A stretch of 64,000 nt of DNA from Methanotrichaceae archaeon (GTDB lineage Archaea; Halobacteriota; Methanosarcinia; Methanotrichales; Methanotrichaceae), in assembly GCA_963748825.1 (NCBI GenBank), contig CAVVKN010000002.1, positions 167,366 through 231,365 on the forward strand, read 5' to 3'. Positions 38,346 through 48,064 of the stretch are shown in pieces. The stretch's first letter is position 1. Each line of letters starts with the position of its first letter. The translations under genes and the position numbers were made by a program. A model generated the notes under the pieces. That model searched no databases, was not told the DNA's origin, and saw nothing but the letters and a program-made list of their open reading frames with translations.

Positions 38346-39332
38346 ATGAGACATTTTATAGTCGGGATAGGATCCGCGCTAATTCTGCTTCTGATAATGG
38401 CGAGTGTTTCCTGGGCAGGGACCTGGGACTTCAACCCTGGTCAAGAGGCTGTGAAACATAGGAGCGATGTGACGGGCGATGTACAAGGAGCTGGATATTT
38501 CATGGAGCGCACGAAGGTCAATACTAATAACCTCTCCATGCTGGAGTATTCCCATGGAAGCGGCACCATGGACTTTGCCGATGTACTCTATGATGAGCAA
38601 AAGACTACTCACGCCAGCAGTTACATTTACTGGATAGATTACACCACGGGGCAATGGACGAGAAAATATCCAGGAGCTAGCAGCGCCATAACTTATACCA
38701 GGCAGTACGATAATGTGCAATCTCCTACAAGCTTCGCCTATGGAACAGGCTGGTATGCCTCAAATCCCGTGACCTATAACTCGCTTCTCAAGGACAAGAA
38801 CGAGGCCAAAAGTTACCAGGAATCTGCCTCTATGCATCGACAGGTGGAGTATGCGCGAGCCTTAAAAGGCGATATCGCTATCGATATGAATTGTACAGCG
38901 CCCACAGCCACGGTAAGCGGAAAAGGCTCACTCAGCATGAAGATCGATGATGAAGTCACTCAAGGTACGCTCCATATCGGCGAGCTTCTATCCATGCCCA
39001 TGACCAATGCCAAGACACCAAAATTCAAGACAATGCAAGGCTGGAAGGACCCAATAATTGAGATCGACAACAACTACATAGGAGATTTCCAAGTTCAGAA
39101 GACCATGAAGCTCGAAATATCGAAGTCTGCGCCCAGCTGGATGGAGGACTGGTTGCCCTGTTGCAGTGGCGGCTTCTTCGACATTCCTTCCAATAACTTC
39201 GACAAAGAGCGCGGCAGCCAGAAGGGCATATTCGACTGTACCTGCCGGAATACTTCCATCTCCACCATGCAGCCCAAGTGGAACACCACCATGGCGCAGT
39301 TCCCCACTGAGAAGTACAGATACGTGCCGTGA
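38346..39332 (+). CDS. Secreted protein of unknown function with WLPCC...FDCTC motif
   Basis: Signal peptide; paralog of 42709-43692. Confidence 0.85.
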   Translation: MRHFIVGIGSALILLLIMASVSWAGTWDFNPGQEAVKHRSDVTGDVQGAGYFMERTKVNTNNLSMLEYSHGSGTMDFADVLYDEQKTTHASSYIYWIDYTTGQWTRKYPGASSAITYTRQYDNVQSPTSFAYGTGWYASNPVTYNSLLKDKNEAKSYQESASMHRQVEYARALKGDIAIDMNCTAPTATVSGKGSLSMKIDDEVTQGTLHIGELLSMPMTNAKTPKFKTMQGWKDPIIEIDNNYIGDFQVQKTMKLEISKSAPSWMEDWLPCCSGGFFDIPSNNFDKERGSQKGIFDCTCRNTSISTMQPKWNTTMAQFPTEKYRYVP

Positions 39333-39470
39333 GGCTCCAATAATTTTTATTTTTCTGTTTGAACATAAAAAATAGAACGAATATCATGGAGTAAATGAGC
39401 GATCTTTTCTACGGTATTTGACCCGTTTCAGGCCATTATAATTTTTTTATGCACTTAATAGCATAATACC

Positions 39471-40898
39471 TTACACGGAGCCGGAATTTGTCTTATAGCC
39501 AAGTCTTTTTGCCCTTTCCAGGGCCTCATTTGCCTCTGGACCACGGTTTGCCAATTTGAGGGCGTTGGCTTTGTTGACCCAGGCCTGCATGCAGTTGGGA
39601 TCAATTTCAATGGCTTTATCAAAGCTTTTAAGGGCCTCGACAAAATCCTCGTAGCCCATTACCTGAGCAATGCCCCGGTTATTCCAGGGCTCTAAATATC
39701 GGGGGTCCTGCTCAATGGCCTTATCATAGGCTTTTATCGCCTCGCTGAACATTTCCAACTTCGCCAGAGACAGTCCCAGGTTATTCCAGCATGCGGCACA
39801 TTCGGGATGCAACTCTACAGATTTTCTGAGAACAGCTACCGCTTCACTGTAATTGCCAAGTTCATTAAGCATTAAGGCTTTGTTATAAAAAAAACCTATC
39901 TCTTCAGGATCAATTTCAATGGCCTTCTCAAATAGTTTTATAGAGACATTGTAGTTTTTCAATTCCGCATAGGCAAGGGCCTGGCCGTTCCAGGCAGCAG
40001 GATTTGCAGGATCCAGTTCAATGGTTTTGTTATAGGCAGCGATGGAATCGTTGTATCTGCCGGACAGGCGCATGGCTAACGCATTGCTATACCAGGCATT
40101 TGCATCCATCGGCTCAATTTTGGAAGCTCTTTGAAATGCCTCACTGGCCTCAGAGTATCTGCTCAGGGCAAGGAGTGCCTCTCCTTTCTTGACCCAGGCA
40201 GGAGCATTTATCGGATTTAAATCGGTGACTCTGTTATATGCATCCAGAGCTTCGCGATAATTTTCCATGTTTGTGAAAGCCAGACCCAGGTTAAACCATG
40301 CGTCTTCATTCTCGATGTCCAGTTCTACCGTCCTTTTCAGGGCTGCTAATGATTCGTTATTCTTGCCCAAATCTGCTAATATGAGGGCCTTGCTGTACCA
40401 GGCACCGGCCAGCTTCCCGTCCAGCTTAATGGCCTTATCAAAGGCTAGCACAGAGTCGTTATACCTTCCCAGGTTAGCCAGAGCAAGCCCTTTGCTGTAC
40501 CAGGATAATGCCACCTTAGGATGCAGCTTGATGGCTCCATCAAAGGCTGCAATTGACTCATTGTATTCTCTCAGCCGAGCCAGAGCAAGCCCTTTGCCGT
40601 ACCAGGCCTCTGCCAGATTGGGATCCAGCTTGATTGACTCATTGTAAGCAGAAAGTGCATCAGCATGTCTTTCCATACCGTTCAATGCCTGGCCTTTGCT
40701 CATCCAGGCAGAGGCATTTGCGCCGTCCAGCTGGATAGATTTGTTATAGCAATCCAGGGCGACTTCCAGGGATCCCATCTGCATGAATTCATTTCCTTTT
40801 TGCAGCCAATAGTCCGATGTGTACTCTTTTCCGGAAGCATAATTGGAGCATGATATCAGGACCAGTAGAATGAAGATAATTTTAGCTTTGATAGGCAT
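39471..40898 (-). CDS. Secreted tetratricopeptide repeat protein
   Basis: Signal peptide then about a dozen 34-aa AW..KG.AL..L repeats. Confidence 0.92.
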   Translation of the reverse strand: MPIKAKIIFILLVLISCSNYASGKEYTSDYWLQKGNEFMQMGSLEVALDCYNKSIQLDGANASAWMSKGQALNGMERHADALSAYNESIKLDPNLAEAWYGKGLALARLREYNESIAAFDGAIKLHPKVALSWYSKGLALANLGRYNDSVLAFDKAIKLDGKLAGAWYSKALILADLGKNNESLAALKRTVELDIENEDAWFNLGLAFTNMENYREALDAYNRVTDLNPINAPAWVKKGEALLALSRYSEASEAFQRASKIEPMDANAWYSNALAMRLSGRYNDSIAAYNKTIELDPANPAAWNGQALAYAELKNYNVSIKLFEKAIEIDPEEIGFFYNKALMLNELGNYSEAVAVLRKSVELHPECAACWNNLGLSLAKLEMFSEAIKAYDKAIEQDPRYLEPWNNRGIAQVMGYEDFVEALKSFDKAIEIDPNCMQAWVNKANALKLANRGPEANEALERAKRLGYKTNSGSV

Positions 40899-40988
40899 CC
40901 CTCTATGATTTCTTATCATACTGAGAAGATCGAAAACAACCAAATCCCTGCAAGATTTCGCTCATGAGATAATGCCGAAAAAAGATGA

Positions 40989-41411
40989 CTAGAGCTCTTT
41001 GCCAAGCGATGTTGTAGTCAATTTGACATGCTTCACACCCTTCAGGGACATCATCTTCTCAGCCGCTTTTCTCACATCCTGCCCCTCGCCCCTCAGCACT
41101 ACGACCTCCAGACAATTGTCGTGATCCAAATGGACGTGCAGACTGGACTGAATTAAGCCGCCAAATTCATGCTGAATCTCAGTGAGATTATCTTCCAGGC
41201 CCCTTTGAGAATGGGAGTAAACAATGGTAATCACGCCAACGCGTTCCCCGTGGACGTCGCTCATCCATTCGAAGTTGACTATATAGCTTCTAATGGCATC
41301 CCTGACCCCCTCGGAGCGAGAAGAATAGCCTCGCTGAAGAATTATCTCGTCAAACTTATTAAGCAGATTTTCCGGCAGGGAAATGCCTACTCTCATTAAT
41401 TCTTGGTCCAT
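40989..41411 (-). CDS. nikR: Nickel-responsive regulator NikR
   Basis: RHH RVGISLP..GYSSRSE; Ni site QH...[12 protein letters not shown]. Confidence 0.96.
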   Translation of the reverse strand: MDQELMRVGISLPENLLNKFDEIILQRGYSSRSEGVRDAIRSYIVNFEWMSDVHGERVGVITIVYSHSQRGLEDNLTEIQHEFGGLIQSSLHVHLDHDNCLEVVVLRGEGQDVRKAAEKMMSLKGVKHVKLTTTSLGKEL

Positions 41412-41707
41412 ATGTTATCGTGTAATATAGTTAAATGTTACTTAGTAATAAGCTTATTGGATGCATCAGCAGAAAGACTGATTACATAGGCAAAGCATGA
41501 CCATCTTTCTTGGAGTTGATTTATCAATGCAAAACGTCATTAATGCATCGTTATTTCGCGTCGTTAATTGCCCCCATGTCAATTACGAGTATTACTATAA
41601 AAATTAAAATTACGTATTTATTTTATGATTAAATCATATGAAAATAAAAAAGCTACAAATTTAATATAACAATTAGCGCTAATAGTAGCAAAAAAGGTAG
41701 GTGCATT

Positions 41708-42594
41708 ATGAGACGTGGTTTATATCAGTTCATATCTGCGCTGCTCCTTTCCATACTGATTTTAGGCATATCGGGCCAGGGTGGGGAGGATTCCAGCGGG
41801 AAGATTCTAAAGATCGGCACGCCCAATGTGGTGAAGTCTGCCAGCATTCTGGGAGACACTATGAGGTCTCAGAAGATGGGAAGGTCTGGAAGTTCACCAT
41901 CAATGACGACCTGTACTGGAGCGACGGCCCAAAGCTGACGCCGAATGATGTGCGGTTTACCTTTAGCTATCTAGCAGAAAATTACCCAGCGGCAGGCTGG
42001 ATGAAGAAGACTGTGGACAATATTTCTGTGGAAGACGGCGCGGTGGTCTTCAAGCTGAATAAGCCCTACTCCCGGCTTAACCTGGAGAGGCCCTCCTCGG
42101 GGCGGGTTTTCTTTGCGGGAGAGGATATCTGGCGTTTGCGAGGCAGGGAGTTTTTGGCTTTCAGAAGGCGAGTGCAGATGGTCTTCCAGGATCCTGAGGG
42201 CTCTTTGAATCCCAGGAAAAGCATTGAACGGTCTATTCATGAGGTTTTGGGCCTGCTGAAAATTCCCCAAAGAGAATGGCTGAAGAGGACAGGGGAGATT
42301 TTAGAGATGGTAGGCCTGTCCGAGGAGCTGCTCTGCCGCTATCCTGCCCAGATATCGGGAGGGCAATGCCAGAGAGTGGCACTGGGCAGAGTCTTGCTCC
42401 TCCACCCTAGGGTTATAATCCTGGATGAGCCCACCTCCGCCCTGGATATCTCGGTGCAGGCTCAGATCCTGAATCTCCTCAAGGATCTGCAGAAAGATAT
42501 GGGTCTGGCCTATCTGCTTATCTCTCATCAGCCTGAGGTGATCAGGTTCATGGCTCATGAAACGATCGTTCTTGAGAGTGGAGGGATCTCTTGA
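41708..42594 (+). pseudogene. Deletion chimera of a Nik/Opp-type ABC operon: binding-protein 5' part fused to ATPase 3' part
   Basis: Signal peptide ORF at 41708, frameshift to family-5 SBP motif SEDGKVWKF..WSDG..LT..DVRFT, fused at NLE/RPSSG to QMVFQDP..ISGGQ..LDEPT; no Walker A, no permeases. Confidence 0.85.
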
Positions 42595-42708
42595 TCTTGA
42601 GAAAAAGGCGGGGCAATGAACTAGGAAAAAATATCATCTCACAGTGTATCCCACATGATGCATGGTACTCAATTTAATATAGGCACAAATTTTAGTAAAT
42701 TTGCTCCG

Positions 42709-43692
42709 CTATCCGGGAAATTGCGCCTTGGCTGGTACCGTGAAGCAAGTGCAATCGAAGATGCCCCTGGCGGACTTAAAGGCCTTTGCATCAGCATAAT
42801 TCAGGTCGCTAAATCCGCCAGAGCAACAGGGCAGCCATGAATCTTCTTTCTCCTCCTCCTCTGAGTAGGTGTAAAGATTCATATTTTTCTTAATGTGGAA
42901 GTTCCCCACGTAATCCTCATCCAGCTCTATCAAAGGCTTTTTCCAGGCTTTCATTGCCAGGCCGAGGACTTGAACCTCCTCCGAGTCTTCTTCCGGCTCT
43001 TCATCTACAGGGATTCCCTGAAGCTGAAGCACTCCAAAGTGTGCCCGACCATCAACCAAGTCCTCTTCTATGTTCATTGTGTTATTTGTTGCATCTGATT
43101 GAGCATCAAGCACCTTATTCAATCCATGAGCATGATCAACCATGTGATGCAAGGAATTCAAACCATCGCGGTTCTTTATCCAATCTTCTTCTTTCAGCAG
43201 GGAATTGAAAGCGATTGGATGCAGATCGTAATATCGTGATCCTATACCCATTACCAATGGGCTGTAAGTCATCTTGCTGTCTTCTTTCATCTGAATAGAG
43301 CTTGTTGCTTCTTCTTCATCCTCTATTTCCTCTCCATCTTCATCGTAAGCGCCGTTGATCCAGGTTTTATTGGAGTATGAACTTTCTGCATATATATTTG
43401 AATCAGTATCTATTTTTCCGCTGCCGTGAGCTTTGTTCTTCGCCTCAACTCCGTTGAACAGGTGTCCTTCTGTCCCAAGAGCTTCCGGCATTTGGGCATA
43501 TTTATAGGCAGTAAAGAAGCCAGTGCCGCTCACTTTCTGTTCAAAGTTGAATTTTAGATTTTTCTCTTCCAATGTCGTCGGATTGTCATATGCCGTATCA
43601 TTCTCCTGTAATTGCGTCTCCATTTCCTCATTATCGGCTGCGGCCATGCCAATTAGCGCAAAGAGAGCCAGCAATAAAATAATCTCTCTCAG
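42709..43692 (-). CDS. Secreted acidic protein of unknown function with WLPCC...FDCTC motif
   Basis: Paralog of 38346-39332; probable CTG start at 43692 after GAGGAGG giving signal peptide (M)REIILLLALFALIGMAAA. Confidence 0.82.
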   Translation of the reverse strand: MREIILLLALFALIGMAAADNEEMETQLQENDTAYDNPTTLEEKNLKFNFEQKVSGTGFFTAYKYAQMPEALGTEGHLFNGVEAKNKAHGSGKIDTDSNIYAESSYSNKTWINGAYDEDGEEIEDEEEATSSIQMKEDSKMTYSPLVMGIGSRYYDLHPIAFNSLLKEEDWIKNRDGLNSLHHMVDHAHGLNKVLDAQSDATNNTMNIEEDLVDGRAHFGVLQLQGIPVDEEPEEDSEEVQVLGLAMKAWKKPLIELDEDYVGNFHIKKNMNLYTYSEEEEKEDSWLPCCSGGFSDLNYADAKAFKSARGIFDCTCFTVPAKAQFPG

Positions 43693-44136
43693 ATCATTCC
43701 CTCCTCAAATACGATGTCTACGTTAACACGTATTTATCATATTATTTTAAGATATCTGCTAATAATTGTATAATGTAGCATGATAGCATAACTATCGGTT
43801 TTGTGTATTAATAGAAGATACAAAAATCGCATAAACTATTGAAAAGTCATATGTTGATCCGGTTGATGATAAATCGTGCATATATGCGCTGCATGCGCCA
43901 AAGATTTCCGTGGTGCTCGCGCACTATACCTCAGCACGAGATTCTACTCTGGCCCATGATTTGCTCGCATGCTAAGTGTGCTAGATGAGACGCACTTCAA
44001 GAATTTGGACTTGCCAAGATAGTCTTACCATAATTTGCTTACTCGGTATGCGCATAAAAATCAAGGATAATTGTTACTTAATATGATCCAAGATAGTCTT
44101 TTATAATTGAAAGGCATTTTGGTCAACGGTGAGACT

Positions 44137-44856
44137 ATGCATATTCCTGATGGCTATCTAGGGCCATACACTTATATCGCAATGTGGATCATAATGATCC
44201 CCATCTGGTATTATGCGGGAAGGAAGCTCAGCTCTGAGCTGAAGTCGAGGCAGGTTCCCCTGCTGGCGCTGGCAGCAGCGTTCTCTTTTGTCATCATGAT
44301 GTTCAATGTGCCAATTCCTGGAGGCAGCACCGGCCATGCCGTGGGCGCTGCAATAATTGGCATCGTCCTCGGTCCTTGGGCCGCTGTGATTGCCATATCC
44401 GTTGCCCTCGTGTTGCAGGCGCTGATGTTCGGCGACGGAGGCATCACGGCTATCGCAGCCAATTGCTTTAATATGGGTGTAGTGATGCCCTTTGTTGCCT
44501 ATTATGCGTATAAGCTCATCAGTGGAGGCACAGAAATTACTTCTTCGAGGAGGGTCATTGCTGCGGCCATCGCCGGCTACATCTCTCTCGTGATAGCATC
44601 TGCCTTTACAGGATTTGAATTCGGTATTCAGCCTATATTGCATCACACAGCTGAAGGAGTACCACTCTACATGCCCTACCCACTGAGTGTGACGGTTCCT
44701 GCCATGGTACTGGAGCATGCTTTCGGATTCGGCATCCTTGAGGCTCTCATTACGGCACTGATCTTTGCCTACATCCAGAGAACGGATACCTCTCTGTTTT
44801 ATGGAGAGAAATCTGCTGCGCAGAAGATGAAAATGAGGAAAGCAACCACATCGTGA
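44137..44856 (+). CDS. nikM: ECF-type Ni/Co transporter substrate component NikM/CbiM
   Basis: N-terminal MHIPDGYL metal-binding motif, GSTGH, QALMFGDGG. Confidence 0.92.
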   Translation: MHIPDGYLGPYTYIAMWIIMIPIWYYAGRKLSSELKSRQVPLLALAAAFSFVIMMFNVPIPGGSTGHAVGAAIIGIVLGPWAAVIAISVALVLQALMFGDGGITAIAANCFNMGVVMPFVAYYAYKLISGGTEITSSRRVIAAAIAGYISLVIASAFTGFEFGIQPILHHTAEGVPLYMPYPLSVTVPAMVLEHAFGFGILEALITALIFAYIQRTDTSLFYGEKSAAQKMKMRKATTS

Positions 44857-44865
44857 GGCAAGACC

Positions 44866-45180
44866 ATGGATCAGATAATAAGAAACTTTGTCATTGGCCT
44901 GGTAGCGCTGATTATTCTGGCGCCGTTGGGGCTTTTAGCCGTTGGAGAGACCTTTGGCGAGTGGGGACCAGAGGAGGTTAAGGAAAAGCTTGGCTTTGTA
45001 CCACCTGGTTTGGAGCAGCTTTCATCGCTTTGGAGCGCACCCTTGCCTGATTACGCCCTGCCCGGGGGCGGCGATTCGATGACCACAGCAGCGGCTGCTT
45101 ATATCCTATCCGCAGTGATCGGCGTTATTGCCTGCGGTGGCCTGCTTTACTTCGTAGGCAAGAGAGTTGCCAAAGACTAA
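44866..45180 (+). CDS. NikN-like PDGLE-domain accessory membrane protein
   Basis: GEWG, PPGLE, APLPDY motifs; directly after nikM. Confidence 0.88.
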   Translation: MDQIIRNFVIGLVALIILAPLGLLAVGETFGEWGPEEVKEKLGFVPPGLEQLSSLWSAPLPDYALPGGGDSMTTAAAAYILSAVIGVIACGGLLYFVGKRVAKD

Positions 45181-45747
45181 CGGTTTTTTTTTCCAATTTT
45201 TAGCTACAAAACAATTGAGTCAAACGGCAGGGCTTCCTGCCCATTTATATCCAATATTTTTAATCGGGCAAAGATCAAAGGTTGCTACTATCAGGCCAAC
45301 AATCGCAATTCCGGTGTCGTTAGATCCTTTTCTGGTTGCATCCGCTGCAGAATATAGCGATTTATGCTGCATAGACATCCAACCTGGGAAAATTTAAGCA
45401 TTCAGGCGATCTCATGCGCGAGATATGACATCCTTCAAATTGCTGCGCGGCTGATCAAAAAAAAGGATCTATCCCGCCATTAAGCTAGGTTCTTCTCCAC
45501 CACGTTCTGTTCAAAGCCTCTTGGCTATTTAATTATCCTTCCTACTTATTTCGCTTCTTGTAGTACTTTTTATACTAAGAAAATAATTGAGATTAAAGAT
45601 TTATGCATCAATTACGAAATATTGCTACAAATGGGGCATAATTTTTTTAAATAAAGCGGCAGATATGCTGGAAAAAGCCCACAGAAAGAATTTAATAGCA
45701 GATCACTTAACTATATAATAATTACAAAAGAACGGAGGTGAATCTAA

Positions 45748-45864
45748 ATGTGTTGCCACGATGATAATAAGCACGAACACACACACGAGCACCCTGGAGA
45801 GAAGCACGTCCATGAGCACATCCACGATGCAGAGCACAAGCACGGACATAAGTGCTGCCATTAA
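45748..45864 (+). CDS. 38-aa His/Cys-rich putative metal-binding micropeptide
   Basis: MCCHDDNKHEHTHEHPGEKHVHEHIHDAEHKHGHKCCH; GGAGGTGA RBS just upstream; TATATAA near 45712; below the ORF-track cutoff. Confidence 0.85.
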   Translation: MCCHDDNKHEHTHEHPGEKHVHEHIHDAEHKHGHKCCH

Positions 45865-46025
45865 TGCTGAAATAATTTCCTGGAAATTTTGTTTTGAAGA
45901 GGAAACGCTGGCAGTTGATCCTTGGGCGAACAGCTAGGATCAATGCCAGGCTTCATTAATGGCATGGCTAAATCCATCTGGATTTGTCAATAAGCCTCGT
46001 TTTTTTCTTGTTCACCTTCTCCGGC

Positions 46026-46217
46026 TCAATAATAGATTTGGACCCTCCTAAGCGGATTATTCTTTCTATCTACTAAGAGGACTTCTTCCCCATCCTCAAT
46101 TCCCGGATCTGAATCTATCACTTGCCCCGAGAATAGCCTGCCTCCACGGGCAATGAAGGAAACCGCCGCATCTGAGACTACTACCTTGCTGGTTGATGAT
46201 TTATCTTCTTTGGACAT
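46026..46217 (-). CDS. Stand-alone PUA-domain small protein
   Basis: KVVVSDAAVSFIARGGRLFSGQVIDSDPGIEDGEEVLLVD matches the PUA pattern; AGGAG RBS. Confidence 0.78.
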   Translation of the reverse strand: MSKEDKSSTSKVVVSDAAVSFIARGGRLFSGQVIDSDPGIEDGEEVLLVDRKNNPLRRVQIYY

Positions 46218-46263
46218 GATGCACACTCCTGTTATGTTATTAATCTAATATTGATATTACTAA

Positions 46264-46288
46264 GTAATAAACTTATTGATAGTATTGC
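46264..46288. promoter_or_regulatory. Putative NikR-type operator
   Basis: GTAATA-N13-TATTGC over the probable promoter of the PUA gene. Confidence 0.4.
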
Positions 46289-46439
46289 TATTAGAATGGG
46301 CCCATGTTATATATGGAGCATCAATAAGCCACCTTGAGGATTATGAGATCTCTGAAGAAGATGACTCAAGCCCAAGAGTCTGAGTCAGGTCGATCCAACT
46401 ATGAGCTTTCGGACCAGGCAAGCGTTCCTTCGATTCAGG

Positions 46440-46600
46440 ATTAAGGATAGATGACCATTGTGCAAAGGAGCAAGCCTGACGCCTTAGATGGAGTGTATAG
46501 GATCGACCCGACGCGAGAACCTGGAGGCCAAATTGAGGTCGTGGATGGCCATAACTGCAGAGATCTTCTTTTCATGTACCATGTCCCTGACGATCTCAAA
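46440..46600 (-). pseudogene. Fragment of a FecE/BtuD-type ABC ATPase
   Basis: Reverse strand reads [29 protein letters not shown], near-identical to [21 protein letters not shown] in 60447-61235, then stops. Confidence 0.75.
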
Positions 46601-47603
46601 GATAGTCGTAGGATATCTGTTGCATCCGATACACAAAAAACAGCAGGTCGGGCATCACTACATGCCGTTAAGTCGTATCTCTTCTCCCACAATCAGCCCA
46701 TGGTCCGGCTTTGCCCGTATGCGGATATACTGATCCCCGCCGCGCACACCAATTGCGGGGATCTCCTCCCCCGCAGTGGCACACTCCAGTACCAGAAGGC
46801 TCTTCTCGTCTAAAGACCTCAGTCGCTGGCATCATAGCCAGCTCTGCTGAGAAATATAGCGGTTACCAGATCAAATCCTTTGTCGCAGCAGCTTTTTCTG
46901 ATATCTGTGATCATCAGCGAGGTCATAGCATTCCTGTTTCTATCTTTACGGTCTTCATTGTTTTTTCAGAAGAGGAGTCCGGCCTGGCAGTGGCCGGAGC
47001 CCGACAACAGGTAGACGACGGTAAAGGAGGTCAATGGCGTTCTGTCGCTATTTCTGGAATTTGGATATTACTAGTTAATAAGCATTTTGCTTTTCGTAGC
47101 AATTGAACCATTCAAGTGATGAAAACAGAATGACGAGATCAAGCTACGCGATAAAGAAAAATTTAGGGATACATTGGACAGCCTTGCCCACCCTTATCCC
47201 ACTGATGCTCTTGCAGCGGTATCTTTGCTACCATCTTGTATTATGCGAAGGGCAGCGCGATGGTGAATAGAACCAGGATGGACATAGGGTATATGTTCGT
47301 TCTCATTTTTTTAGGCTCTTTTTTCCCGGCAGGCATCAAGTGCTATCCGATCTTGAAAAATCCTGGATATTTCCGTCCTAGTATTATCAAACTTTCATAA
47401 AATGTTAGAATATATATAATCTATGCCTATTGGTAATACTAATAGATGAAATCATCTATATCAATAGCGTAGAAAATTACTCAAATGGAATTAACTTAAT
47501 TTCATATCTAGATGCAATATGGTATTAACTTACGCGCGCAAGTATTTAATACGTAACATCCTACATACGGAATAACGTTCAAGTTAATGGGAGCAATTTG
47601 ATC

Positions 47604-48047
47604 ATGAACCACGCAGCATCCGCATGTAAATACACAGGCATAGACAAGGATTATTCCATTGAGGACTTAGCGGCATTTCACGGCCACCTCGGCCCTTACA
47701 TCGTTCTGGGCTACAGGATGGGCAGATATGTCCGGCTGCATTTCTGCAGCGACCCCTTCCAGATGAAGGCCGCCGTCTACTGCGAGGGTGTACCCCCGCA
47801 AACGTGCCTGGCCGACGGCATACAGATCGGCAGCGGCTGTACGCTCGGCAAGAGGAACATCGAGATTGTTGCTTGCGATGAGATCCGCTGCGAGTTTGCC
47901 TTCGGCGAGAAAAAAATGGTCATCAGGCCCAGGCAAATCAATTTCCCGCCCCAGGGCAGCGACAATTACGGCCTGCTTATCGAGAAGCTGGCCGAGGATA
48001 TGTACAGCATGCCCGATGCGCAGCTCTTTGCTGTCGATACAAGCTAG
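47604..48047 (+). CDS. FmdE (formylmethanofuran dehydrogenase subunit E) family protein
   Basis: FHGHLGP..LG.R, CLADGIQ..GCTLGK. Confidence 0.9.
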   Translation: MNHAASACKYTGIDKDYSIEDLAAFHGHLGPYIVLGYRMGRYVRLHFCSDPFQMKAAVYCEGVPPQTCLADGIQIGSGCTLGKRNIEIVACDEIRCEFAFGEKKMVIRPRQINFPPQGSDNYGLLIEKLAEDMYSMPDAQLFAVDTS

Positions 48048-48064
48048 GGCTAAGGTGAGCGGCT

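Noticed and set aside
46451-47106. Plus-strand ORFs 46451-46813 and 46711-47106 as genes
   Set aside because: No motifs; the first is partly the antisense of an ABC ATPase fragment, so the region looks like decayed DNA.
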